A DNA stretch of 38,147 nucleotides. Origin: a bacterium. Its GTDB lineage: Bacteria; RBG-13-61-14; DATKZS01. Shown here one piece after another: positions 9,340 through 18,406 of this stretch. Within the stretch, counting starts at the first letter, position 1; every line of letters starts with the position of its first letter. Made by a program: the position numbers and the translations under genes. Below the pieces are notes generated by a model. That model was not told the DNA's origin. It searched no databases and saw only the letters and a list, made by a program, of their open reading frames with translations. The DNA is taken from assembly GCA_046484135.1 (NCBI GenBank), contig JAWOBU010000005.1:1-38147 (forward strand), written 5' to 3'.

Positions 9340-10863
9340 TCAGCCTGCTGCGATCCTTTTGGCGCCGGCCATGGCAATGGCCATGATGGTGTGCTGCGGG
9401 TTTACGCCCAGGTGAGTGGGAAAGATGGAGCTGTCCAGTACGTACACGCCCCGCGTGTCGTGTACCTGGAAGTCCGTACCGGTAACGCTCTTTTTCGGGT
9501 CCGGTCCCATCCGGCAGGTGCCGAACAGGTGGGTCATGATCATGGTGTAGCAGCGCGGGTCCAGGGACGCCTGATCAATCTTATGAAGCTCGTCCTTGGA
9601 CAGCACGGGCGGGACCCCGTAGATGCCGGGGAAAACGCTTTCTGCGCCCGCGGAGACCATGAGGTCCGCCAGGATGCGGATGCCCTTCCTGAGCCGCTCG
9701 GTGTCTTTCCCGGTCAGGGAGTAAGAGACCATAGCCCGCGAACCAAGCGGCCGTACCGTTCCCTCTGCCTCCGGGATAAGCGCGCAGCCCACGTTGGCCA
9801 GCCGGTCGTAAGACTCCATGGCTTTCTTCCACTCGGCACCCACTCCCGGCACCCGCGCGGCCATGAGGTCCGGAGGAATTGACAGGGCCTCGAACTTGAG
9901 CTTGTCGCTCTGCCGGTAATGCTCCGAGTCCCACCCCTGGGTGGCCCCCTCCCAGATGCGGACCTCGTCCGGAAACAGCCCCATCACCCCCGCGCCCGGA
10001 TGACCGGCAAAATGACGGCCCAAATGACCGCTGGAAAGCCCGATCCCCGAGCGCCACAATAAAAGCGGCGTCTGGACCGGGCTCGCGCATACCACCACGC
10101 CTTGGCGCGCCTTTGCAAACAGGCTGCCGTTTTTTTTCCCCGTAAGCGGGTCGCGGAAGTCAGCGTGTACACCGCTCGCCCGGCCGTTTTTAACGTCAAT
10201 ATGATGGGCTTTGCAGGCCGCGTAAAGCCGGGCTCCCTTTTTCAACGTCCAGGGGATGTAATTGAGGTCCACGGACTGCTTGGCCTGGATGGGACAGCCG
10301 GTCAGGCACTGGGCCAGTCCCTTGCAGCCCTTCTCGTTTCTGGGGATGATCCGGGAGGACATGCCCATGCGGTCGGCGCCTTCCTTTAACAGCGTGTTGT
10401 TCCGGCCCAGGGCGCCGGGCGAGACCGGCTTTACGTTAAGGTCATGCTCGAGGGTCTGGAAAGAGTTTTCAAGCTCCGGCCAGGTAAGGGACTCGCCGAT
10501 GCCGTACTCTTGTGCCCACCGGTCATACACGTCGCGGGGAAGCTTCCAGATAATGGCCGCGTTTATGACCGAGCCTCCGCCTACGCACCTGCCCTGGATG
10601 ATGGGTATCATGCTCTTGCCCATGGCCGCGATGGTCCCCATCTCCCGGTAGCAGTGCTTCTGGATGTTATAGGCGGTGCCGTCGAACTCGGAGGACTTGA
10701 CCCACCTTCCCTCCTCGATCATGAGAACGTCATGGCCCTTCTCGGCCAGGACATGGGCGGCGGTGGCCCCCGAAGGCCCCGTCCCGATGACCACGAAGTC
10801 GGCCTCTTCCCGGACGCGCTTTCCAAAGCCGCTTTCAAAGACGCGGTCGTTTATATCACTCAT
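9340..10863 (-). CDS. GMC family FAD oxidoreductase (long-chain alcohol dehydrogenase-like)
   Basis: GTGPSG Rossmann motif, GRCVGGGSVIN, HLFGTCRMG, GVNPQ. Confidence 0.9.
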   Translation of the reverse strand: MSDINDRVFESGFGKRVREEADFVVIGTGPSGATAAHVLAEKGHDVLMIEEGRWVKSSEFDGTAYNIQKHCYREMGTIAAMGKSMIPIIQGRCVGGGSVINAAIIWKLPRDVYDRWAQEYGIGESLTWPELENSFQTLEHDLNVKPVSPGALGRNNTLLKEGADRMGMSSRIIPRNEKGCKGLAQCLTGCPIQAKQSVDLNYIPWTLKKGARLYAACKAHHIDVKNGRASGVHADFRDPLTGKKNGSLFAKARQGVVVCASPVQTPLLLWRSGIGLSSGHLGRHFAGHPGAGVMGLFPDEVRIWEGATQGWDSEHYRQSDKLKFEALSIPPDLMAARVPGVGAEWKKAMESYDRLANVGCALIPEAEGTVRPLGSRAMVSYSLTGKDTERLRKGIRILADLMVSAGAESVFPGIYGVPPVLSKDELHKIDQASLDPRCYTMIMTHLFGTCRMGPDPKKSVTGTDFQVHDTRGVYVLDSSIFPTHLGVNPQHTIMAIAMAGAKRIAAG

Positions 10864-11281
10864 GGCCGGACTCCGTGTCCCGCTTAACGTACAAGGGCGG
10901 CCGGTCGTAGCCCAACGAGCGCCGCACCCGGGGGTCTGCTCCCCACCCCAGGCAGGCGATCATCTTGAGAAGCATCACCATCTGGCGGGCCAGGTAAAGA
11001 CGGCTCGATGACAGGGCGGAAAGGCACTCGATCTTTTGGTCCTCGCTAAGACGCGAGAAGCGGCCGGTCTTTTTAAGCCCGAAGAGCGGGCCTGCGAACT
11101 CGACAAAGACCACCGCGGCGTGGAGGCTCAGGCCGGTAAGCGCGGGAAGGTGCTCGAGCATGTCCCGGAAGATGTCCGCCGCGCCCGTGTCGTTCGCGGA
11201 AAGGGGAATGTCCCCCTCCGAAGGGATTAACGCCAGGAGCTCCGAGCGGAGCCATTTTTCTTCCGCGCCGAAAAGTCCCAT
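10856..11281 (-). CDS. Small helical protein resembling a GMC-associated subunit (gluconate 2-dehydrogenase subunit 3-like)
   Basis: RFSRLS...Q...L and LLKM...W..DPRV..SLGY patterns; overlaps the GMC start. Confidence 0.6.
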   Translation of the reverse strand: MGLFGAEEKWLRSELLALIPSEGDIPLSANDTGAADIFRDMLEHLPALTGLSLHAAVVFVEFAGPLFGLKKTGRFSRLSEDQKIECLSALSSSRLYLARQMVMLLKMIACLGWGADPRVRRSLGYDRPPLYVKRDTESGHE

Positions 11282-11820
11282 TAATTATCTCGCGCCTTCC
11301 AGAACAGGCGGGGAACAGCGGTCTCTTCCCCCCACTCCTCCAGGCTCCAGTAAGCGGTATGGGCGAAGTACAGAAACAAAACCACGTTGATGCCGTCCCA
11401 CACAGCCACGCCCAAAAAGGGAAGAAAATGATAGCCGAAGAGAAACGCAAGCAAAAACCCCAGCGACGCGCACCCTTTCATGAAGCAGAGCGGGACCAGC
11501 ACCGCGTAAAACCGGCGCACGTTGGACATGAGAAGAAAGCACATAAAAGCAAGGGTAAGAACGTTCCCGGAAGCCAGCACCCGCCATACAAAGCCGTCCT
11601 CTAAAAAAGGGTAGTCAGGACCGCCGGACACCGACCCCATCCACCGGAACATGTCAATCGCCGAGTCCGGCGCAAACCCGTAGTTCAAGGCCGGAAAGAA
11701 AAAGTGGAGCGCCAGGAGGCCGAACACGATCTGGAAGTTCCGGTAAGTCTTGTTGGGCTGGTTCCAGAACTTCCTCCATCCCTCGGCCACGTCTTCCTTT
11801 AAATGTCTTATGAGCGGCAT
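11281..11820 (-). CDS. Hypothetical membrane protein (about 4 TM)
   Basis: ATG at 11820 after AAGGAGG; hydrophobic helices; coupled to the next gene. Confidence 0.75.
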   Translation of the reverse strand: MPLIRHLKEDVAEGWRKFWNQPNKTYRNFQIVFGLLALHFFFPALNYGFAPDSAIDMFRWMGSVSGGPDYPFLEDGFVWRVLASGNVLTLAFMCFLLMSNVRRFYAVLVPLCFMKGCASLGFLLAFLFGYHFLPFLGVAVWDGINVVLFLYFAHTAYWSLEEWGEETAVPRLFWKARDN

Positions 11821-11848
11821 GAGCAGGCCTCCTTCTTGCGGAACAATT

Positions 11849-12484
11849 CTATCTAAAGCGGGCTTCCCTGGCAAACGAAGAGAGGTGGGTATCGTTGTTA
11901 AATGCGATCAGCTCCGGGACCGGCCTGGTGCGGACCCGGCTTATGGAGCAGTTTTTTAAAAGCAGGTTTCCGCCGGAAGGGTTTGGCAAGTCGAGCCTCT
12001 CCAGTAAAGACGAGATCATGAGCGCCAGCACTCCCAGGTGCGAGACCACCAACACCGGGTCATGGCCGGATTCCAGGATGGTGCGCAAGGCCTCTTCCGC
12101 CCGCTTCTCCACTTTTTCGTCCGTCTCCGCGTTTGCCGGCAGATGATGAAAAGGCACTCCTCTTTCGATCCTTTCCTGCACCGCGGGACACCGCTCCCTG
12201 ATCTCTTCCATGGTAAGCCCTTCGAACTCGCCCAAATCGTACTCCATGAGTTCCGGCAGGGTAACAAGCTCTGCCCCATGGGGTTCATTTATAATGTGCG
12301 CCGTCTCCAGGGCGCGGCTTAAGGGGCTCGAGTAAATGCAAGCCGGCCGGAGCTCGCACAGTGCGTCCGCGCTAAGCCGGGCCTGCTCTTTGCCTGTGCC
12401 GGAAAGGGGAAAGTCGCCCTGTCCTTGGATCACGCCTTGCCGGTTGGCTGTGGACTCGCCGTGCCGGATGAAAATCAGCTCCAT
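11849..12484 (-). CDS. Histidine phosphatase (phosphoglycerate mutase-like)
   Basis: RHGES, SSPLSRALET, E..LG.FEG, VSH. Confidence 0.92.
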   Translation of the reverse strand: MELIFIRHGESTANRQGVIQGQGDFPLSGTGKEQARLSADALCELRPACIYSSPLSRALETAHIINEPHGAELVTLPELMEYDLGEFEGLTMEEIRERCPAVQERIERGVPFHHLPANAETDEKVEKRAEEALRTILESGHDPVLVVSHLGVLALMISSLLERLDLPNPSGGNLLLKNCSISRVRTRPVPELIAFNNDTHLSSFAREARFR

Positions 12485-13357
12485 CTATTTTCTCTTCTTT
12501 ACGGCGATGCCGTTTCTTACTTCGTTAGCGGAAGGAATGTTCAGGGGCAGGCCGGCATGGCGGACGTATAACGAGGATGAAGCCCCCCCGTCCAGGTTCA
12601 AGGCCCGCTCCGCTCCAAGGCCGCCGCGTTCCGGCGGGGCCATCATGATCTTCATGAGCTCGTAGAGGTCCGGCCCGGCAAGGTAATCCCCTTCCGATTC
12701 TTTCAAGGTGCACAGCATGAGCACCCGGCCTTCTTCGTCAATGCCGAGCGCGCTCCGGTGGCGGTGCTTCTTCCGGTTCTCGTAAATGCCTTCCTTTCCG
12801 CCCGGCTCCACCAGGAGCGGTCCCGCCTGGAGCGCAAGAAGGGCTTTCTCCCACTCCTCGTCGTACTGCCGGGCCCACACGATCTCCGCCTTGCCGCCTT
12901 TGTAGATGAAAAGGCCGGAGCCCGCTTTCGGGTGCCACTTATGAACCACCGAGCCCTGGCTTACCACCAGCCCGATAGGCTCGTAGGTGTCCGGAAGGTA
13001 GAAGCTTCCGTTTATCGCGGCCAGGGCTTGCGCTTTATCCGCCATGTCCTTTATTTCTCCGGCGGGAGCGTCCAGGAGGGCGGGCGCGCTTAAGAGCACG
13101 AACCCGTATCGGCGGGGTTCGATACGCAACACTACGGGCTTTATTTTATCGCTTTTGTTTCTGACCAGGGACAACCGGGTAAAAGCGAGGCCCGGCGCGA
13201 GCTTTTTCCATTGAACAGGGACCTGATGTTGGACCTGGAGACCGCCGATGTTTTTTCTCTTCTTTTCGCACAAGGGCCCGGAGAGCACGAACGCGGCGGC
13301 CATGATCAGAAAAAAGCTCTTTAAAAGTCGGGCTCGCGGTATGAGAGGCGGCTTCAT
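12485..13357 (-). CDS. Phosphodiester glycosidase family (NAGPA/DUF2233-like) exported protein
   Basis: AAINGSFY, QAGPLLV, RSALG, ALNLDGGASS; likely start MKPPLIP at 13357. Confidence 0.85.
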   Translation of the reverse strand: MKPPLIPRARLLKSFFLIMAAAFVLSGPLCEKKRKNIGGLQVQHQVPVQWKKLAPGLAFTRLSLVRNKSDKIKPVVLRIEPRRYGFVLLSAPALLDAPAGEIKDMADKAQALAAINGSFYLPDTYEPIGLVVSQGSVVHKWHPKAGSGLFIYKGGKAEIVWARQYDEEWEKALLALQAGPLLVEPGGKEGIYENRKKHRHRSALGIDEEGRVLMLCTLKESEGDYLAGPDLYELMKIMMAPPERGGLGAERALNLDGGASSSLYVRHAGLPLNIPSANEVRNGIAVKKRK

Positions 13358-13451
13358 ATCTTTTTCTAATTTATAGAATCCGGAAGGGAGGGTCAACACA
13401 GATGTAAACAGAGTTTTTTCTTGACCTTTGTCTTGCTTTATGCTACTCATC

Positions 13452-13471
13452 TTAACTGGGCGCCCGGTTAA
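13452..13471. promoter_or_regulatory. Palindromic TetR-type operator
   Basis: TTAACTGGGCGCCCGGTTAA (one mismatched pair) downstream of TTGACC at 13421 and 37 bp before the tetR ATG. Confidence 0.7.
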
Positions 13472-13508
13472 ATTTGGCCCGGCGCAGTAAACCGGACAAG
13501 GAGAGGCC

Positions 13509-14156
13509 ATGAGCGCGCGGGAAGAGATCATGAAGGCTGCGGACCGTCTTTTCGGCGAGGTGGGCTTCGAGGCCGCCACCACCCGGGAGATAGCCGAGCT
13601 CTCGGGGGTCAACAAGGCTCTTATCCACTATCATTTCAAGAGCAAGGACTCGCTTTACGGAAGCGTGCTGGACGACTACTACGCGCGGCTGGACGAGACC
13701 CTTCAGGACGCGCTCGCAAAGGAAGGCACGCTCCGGGACCGGATGCTTTCGGTGGTTGACGCTTACGTTGACTTCCTGGCCCATAACCTCAACTTCAGCC
13801 GGATCGTGCAAAGGGAGAGCTCGGGAGGCGCACACCTGGACCGGGTCCGGGCCCATCTTATGCCCATGTTCGAGACGGGCCGGAAGCTCCTGGAGGAGAC
13901 GTTTCCAGCCACCCGGTCGGGCGAGTTTGCCGCCCATCAGCTTTTAACGAGCTTCTACGGCATGATCGTGAGCTACTTTACCTACAGCGGAGTGCTCGAG
14001 CACCTGATAGGCAGGGACCCGCTTTCCCAAAAGGAGCTCGAAGCCAGGAAAGCGCACCTTCACAAGATGTTCGACATAATGCTTTCGGCCATGCAGGAGG
14101 AAGAAGGCAGCAGAAGAAATCTTAAGAATAAGGCGATTCATAAAAAATCGAAGTAA
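13509..14156 (+). CDS. TetR/AcrR family regulator
   Basis: GFEAATTREIAELSGVNKALIHYHFKSKDSL HTH. Confidence 0.95.
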   Translation: MSAREEIMKAADRLFGEVGFEAATTREIAELSGVNKALIHYHFKSKDSLYGSVLDDYYARLDETLQDALAKEGTLRDRMLSVVDAYVDFLAHNLNFSRIVQRESSGGAHLDRVRAHLMPMFETGRKLLEETFPATRSGEFAAHQLLTSFYGMIVSYFTYSGVLEHLIGRDPLSQKELEARKAHLHKMFDIMLSAMQEEEGSRRNLKNKAIHKKSK

Positions 14157-14192
14157 ATAAACCGGCACATTTGAGCTTTCGGGAGGAGTGAC

Positions 14193-15716
14193 ATGGTTTA
14201 CATACCCGGATTCCTGGTCAACAAGGTTTACGAGCGGGGCAGCTTGAAGAACATCGAGGACGGCTTCGAGTTCTGCTTCATGAACACCATGACTCCGCTC
14301 AAGATAAGCGGCATGCGACAGTTAAGCGTGTCTGTGGACGACGAGCCGGTGCCGGTCGAGAACCTCCGGCTCGTGCTTTCCGGCCATCCGATTGATCTTT
14401 CCGGCGGCCGCCTCCAGGAGGTCGTGAACTTTGCCAAGGACTCGAAGCTGGTGATCCAGGCCAAGGGCAGGAAGCTCTCGCCCGGCAAGCACGTGATCAA
14501 GATGGGATTCATAACCAACGAGTACGGGGGCGCCAGCCTCAAGGTGAGCGACACCCTGGGCGCGGCCGGCCCGCCCTCGTTATGGACAAGGATCAAAGGG
14601 ATGTTCGCCGGCCGGGAAGTTGCGGCAACCGGGCCGGTAAAGGTCGAGGGAGAGTTGGGCGGCGTTCCGCTGGACCCGGACTTTTCCCGGCTGGAAGCCG
14701 CTCTCCGGCGGGAAGAGCCGGACCGGGTGCCTCTTTTCGAGGCGGAGATAGCCATTCCCATACAGGAGCATTTCCTGGGCCGGGAGATAAACGACGCGCG
14801 CGACGAGGTCGAGTTCTACATAAAGGCGGGCTACGACTTTGTGCCGGTCATACCTCCTTTTCTGACCCCCCGGCTCATGCGCACCGCGGCCAACCTGGAC
14901 GGCTCTCTCAGCGAGGCCGACCGGGAGCGGGCCTGGATTACGGAGAGCGAAGGAATCATCGCCACGACCGAGGACGTGGAGAAGTTCCCCTGGCCCGAGC
15001 CGGACGAGGTGGACTTCTCGTCCTTTTACGAAGTGGCCGAGCTTCTGCCGCCCAAGATGAAGATCATGGGTATGCTCTCTCCCGCGGCCATCTTCGGCAA
15101 CACCTCCCAGTCCATGGGACTCCAGAACTTCTCCTATGCCCTCTACGACACTCCCGAGCTGATCGAGGCGCTTTTCGAAAAGATAGGCGAGAGCTACGTA
15201 AAGATCGCCAGAAAGCTAGCCACCATGCCCCGCTTGGGAATGGTCTTCATGTCCGACGACCTCTCTCACACCGGCGGAACACTGGTCTCGCCCAAGGTTT
15301 ACAGAAAGTACGTGTTCCCCTGGTACAAAAAGATCGGCGAGATACTGGACTCGGCAGGACTGCCCTTCGTGTTCCACTCCGACGGAGACCTTACGCCGGT
15401 GCTTGCCGACCTCGCCGACTGCGGCATCAAGGGCATCCACCCCATTGAGCCGCAGGCCATGGACATCGTGGACGTGAAGAAACGCTTCGGCGACACCTTC
15501 TGCATCTTCGGAAACATAGACCTCGATTACACCCTGACCATGGGAACGGTCGAGGACGTGGAGAACAAGGTAAGACAAAGGATAAAAGAGCTGGCGCCCG
15601 GCGGCGGATGGGGCATCGCAGCCTCCAACTCCATCCCGGACTACGTCAAGCCCGAGAACTATCGCGCCATGGTGGAGGCGGCAAAAAGGTACGGCAAGTA
15701 TCCCGTCAGCGTGTGA
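14193..15716 (+). CDS. URO-D/MtaA-superfamily TIM-barrel protein with an extra N-terminal beta-rich domain
   Basis: EPDRVP, SDD, FHSDG, IHPIEP, GNID, N..PD in aa ~160-507; N-terminal ~120 aa YERGSLKN..DGFEF domain; GGAGG RBS. Confidence 0.85.
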   Translation: MVYIPGFLVNKVYERGSLKNIEDGFEFCFMNTMTPLKISGMRQLSVSVDDEPVPVENLRLVLSGHPIDLSGGRLQEVVNFAKDSKLVIQAKGRKLSPGKHVIKMGFITNEYGGASLKVSDTLGAAGPPSLWTRIKGMFAGREVAATGPVKVEGELGGVPLDPDFSRLEAALRREEPDRVPLFEAEIAIPIQEHFLGREINDARDEVEFYIKAGYDFVPVIPPFLTPRLMRTAANLDGSLSEADRERAWITESEGIIATTEDVEKFPWPEPDEVDFSSFYEVAELLPPKMKIMGMLSPAAIFGNTSQSMGLQNFSYALYDTPELIEALFEKIGESYVKIARKLATMPRLGMVFMSDDLSHTGGTLVSPKVYRKYVFPWYKKIGEILDSAGLPFVFHSDGDLTPVLADLADCGIKGIHPIEPQAMDIVDVKKRFGDTFCIFGNIDLDYTLTMGTVEDVENKVRQRIKELAPGGGWGIAASNSIPDYVKPENYRAMVEAAKRYGKYPVSV

Positions 15717-15726
15717 GCGTCTTGAG

Positions 15727-15748
15727 TCGCGACTTAAGTAGCTCGCCC
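15727..15748 (+). repeat. REP copy
   Basis: TCGCGACTTAAGTAGCTCGCCC, 19/22 identical to 4174-4195. Confidence 0.65.
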
Positions 15749-15796
15749 GGCTTTACGATTTGCAAGGTGAGCTCGCATCAGAAAAGGAGGGCGATC

Positions 15797-18406
15797 ATGG
15801 CCACACAACCTGAAAAAAATATCTCCGCGGCCAGCGAGCTGGAGCCGGACCGGCCGGCAAGCGAACGGATCGTGCGGCTCCGCTCCCGCTACCAGGCAGG
15901 CCCGGCCTACATCTCGGTCGAGCGGGCCCGCTACTACACGGCGAGCTGGAAAAAGACCGAGGGCATGGCATTGCCGCTCCGGGTCGCAACCGCCATGAAG
16001 AACGTGTACGAGAACATGACCCATTACGTGGACCCGGATGACCGGATCGCGGGCTACTGGTGCGAGTACTTCCTGGGCATTCCCATCCCTATTGAAAAAG
16101 GCGAGTACAACACGGTGCTGGAAGCGGAGATTGACAAAAAACAGATGCTCAAGTTCCGCGGCAAGGCCATGGCGCAGGGCATGGGCTACATGATAAAAAA
16201 GCGCGCACTCCGCGACTTTATGAGAAACCAGAAGATCACCAGAAAAAGCGGCGCGACCCCCTTGAACATGAACCTGAAAACCATGTCTGAAAGAACCATC
16301 AACCCCTACCAGGTAAAGGAAACCGACAAGCGCGAGCTCCTGTCCGAGCTCCTGCCTTACTGGAAAGGAAAGTGTCTCGCCGACAAGCTCCAGGACGAGC
16401 TTTTAAAGTCCGGGCTCTACTCGAAGGATATGCATGACTTTGTCATGGGCATACCCGGCAACACCTCCCGCCAGGTCATGATGCTCTCCACTGCCGCCAC
16501 CGTCGCCACCATCCAGGGACACGTCATACTGGACTATGGTCCCGTGCTCGAAAAAGGCCTGGAAGCCATGCAGCGCGAGGTACAAGAGAAGCTGGAGAGC
16601 GCAACCGACCTGGACGATGATTCCCTGACCTTTCTCCAGTCCCTGGACATCTCCCTGGAAGGAGTCATGATCTTCGCCAGGCGTCTGGCCGAGCGGATCG
16701 AGACGGAGATGGAAAAAACCGCCGACCCTGACCAGCGCGAGCGGCTCGAGGCCATGCTTGCCACCTGCCGCAAGGTCCCTCTAAAACCAGCCGATACATT
16801 CATGGAAGCGGTGCAGTCTATGTGGACCATCAAGACCGCGGTCGAGCTCGCTCATCCCGTGAACCTCCACTGCTTCGGCAGGCTGGACCAGGACCTGTAT
16901 CCTTACTATCGCGCCGACCTGGAAGCCGGCCGCATCACGCCTGCCGATGCACGCGAGGTCCTCGAAGAGCTCCTTTTAAAGATCATGTCCCAGAACATCC
17001 GGCCGGAGTCGAACATCCTGGCCAACTTCTACCACCGCTACCTGGGCTCCTCGCCGGTGACCCTGGGAGGAGTGGACCGCGACGGAAACGATGCAGTGAA
17101 CGACCTCACCTACCTCTTTCTCGAAGCCGCCCACGCATCCAAGGCCATCACCAACGTGTCCGTGCGGGTCCACCCCAACAGCCCGGACCAGCTTTTAAAG
17201 AAACTCGCGGACATGCTCTACCAGGGGACTTCGAGCTACTCGCTCTTTAATGACGAGATGAACATCGAAGCCATGAAGCGCCGCGGCTTTGCAGAACCGG
17301 ACGCCCGCGACTACGCGGTCATGGGCTGCGTCGAGCTTACCTGCCCCGGCAGGACCGGCTCGATGAGCGCGAACGCCCTGCTTCTTTCCAAGCTTCTCGA
17401 CATCACCCTTCGAAACGGTGACTCCCGGACCCTGGCCGGGACCTTGAAAGGTGAAGGCATCAGGACAGGCGACCCGGACGGGTTCGAGAGCTTCGAAGAG
17501 CTAAAGAGCGCGCTCGTCGAGCAGGGCCGCTACTTCATCAAGAAGCTGGTGGATGGCTCCAACCTGCGCGACCGGATGTATGCAGAGTCCCTGCCCGCGC
17601 CTCTGATCTCCGCCTTTATGGACGGCTGCCTGGAGAACATGCGCGATGTAACCCGCGCCGGAGCAAAATACGACCTCTCCGGCATCTCCATGATCAACTC
17701 CATCGCCAACATGACCGACTCGCTCTACGCCATCAAGAAGCTGGTGTTCGAAGAAATGAAGTATACAGTAAAGGACATACTGACAGCAGTGGACGACGGT
17801 TTTATCGGGCACGAAGCCTTAAAAAAAGATATAGACGAGCTCGGGGGCAAGTGGGGAAACGGTGAACCGGAGACCGACGAGCTTGCCGCATCCGTCATGA
17901 AAGAGCTCTGGCAGGAAACCTACAAGTACAGAAACTACAAAGGCGGTCCGTTCGTGGTCTATGTTATCAGCATGACCACCCACACCATTGACGGAAGGCT
18001 CTCCATAGCAAGCCCGGACGGAAGGAGCGCGGCCACACCCTACGCCGCGAGCTGCAACCCCTATAACGTGGAGCGGGCCGGAGTCACCGCCGCCCTCCGG
18101 TCAGTGGCCTCCCTGCCTTTCCAGGACGTGATGGGATGCGCGGTGAACATGAAGTTTCATCCCAGCGGCGTGGGCGAAAACGAGACCGCCCGCGACAAAT
18201 GGGCGTCTCTCATTCGGACCTACTTCCGGCTGGGAGGAGCGCAGGTCCAGCCCACGGTGGCGAGTGCGGAAATGCTCAGAGCCGCGCAAGAGAACCCGTC
18301 CGAGTACCGCGACCTTATCGTCAAGGTGGGAGGATACAGCACCTACTTCGTGGACCTGGGCCGCGAAATCCAGGAAGAAGTCATAGCCCGGACCGAGCAT
18401 AAATGA
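15797..18406 (+). CDS. Glycyl radical enzyme (PFL superfamily), uncharacterised subgroup
   Basis: ATG at 15797 after AAGGAGG; GRLDQ, MGCVE Cys loop, K.GN, C-terminal LIVKVGGYSTYF Gly loop. Confidence 0.93.
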   Translation: MATQPEKNISAASELEPDRPASERIVRLRSRYQAGPAYISVERARYYTASWKKTEGMALPLRVATAMKNVYENMTHYVDPDDRIAGYWCEYFLGIPIPIEKGEYNTVLEAEIDKKQMLKFRGKAMAQGMGYMIKKRALRDFMRNQKITRKSGATPLNMNLKTMSERTINPYQVKETDKRELLSELLPYWKGKCLADKLQDELLKSGLYSKDMHDFVMGIPGNTSRQVMMLSTAATVATIQGHVILDYGPVLEKGLEAMQREVQEKLESATDLDDDSLTFLQSLDISLEGVMIFARRLAERIETEMEKTADPDQRERLEAMLATCRKVPLKPADTFMEAVQSMWTIKTAVELAHPVNLHCFGRLDQDLYPYYRADLEAGRITPADAREVLEELLLKIMSQNIRPESNILANFYHRYLGSSPVTLGGVDRDGNDAVNDLTYLFLEAAHASKAITNVSVRVHPNSPDQLLKKLADMLYQGTSSYSLFNDEMNIEAMKRRGFAEPDARDYAVMGCVELTCPGRTGSMSANALLLSKLLDITLRNGDSRTLAGTLKGEGIRTGDPDGFESFEELKSALVEQGRYFIKKLVDGSNLRDRMYAESLPAPLISAFMDGCLENMRDVTRAGAKYDLSGISMINSIANMTDSLYAIKKLVFEEMKYTVKDILTAVDDGFIGHEALKKDIDELGGKWGNGEPETDELAASVMKELWQETYKYRNYKGGPFVVYVISMTTHTIDGRLSIASPDGRSAATPYAASCNPYNVERAGVTAALRSVASLPFQDVMGCAVNMKFHPSGVGENETARDKWASLIRTYFRLGGAQVQPTVASAEMLRAAQENPSEYRDLIVKVGGYSTYFVDLGREIQEEVIARTEHK

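Noticed and set aside
13358..13615. Extended start of the phosphodiester glycosidase ORF
   Set aside because: Overlaps tetR and its promoter; a signal-like sequence starts at 13357
15608..15796. 63-aa N-terminal extension of the GRE ORF
   Set aside because: Overlaps the upstream gene and a REP; a strong RBS precedes ATG 15797
15797..18406. Naming the GRE pflB, cutC, hypD or bssA
   Set aside because: No CC motif and no diagnostic partner genes; substrate residues cannot be verified by eye
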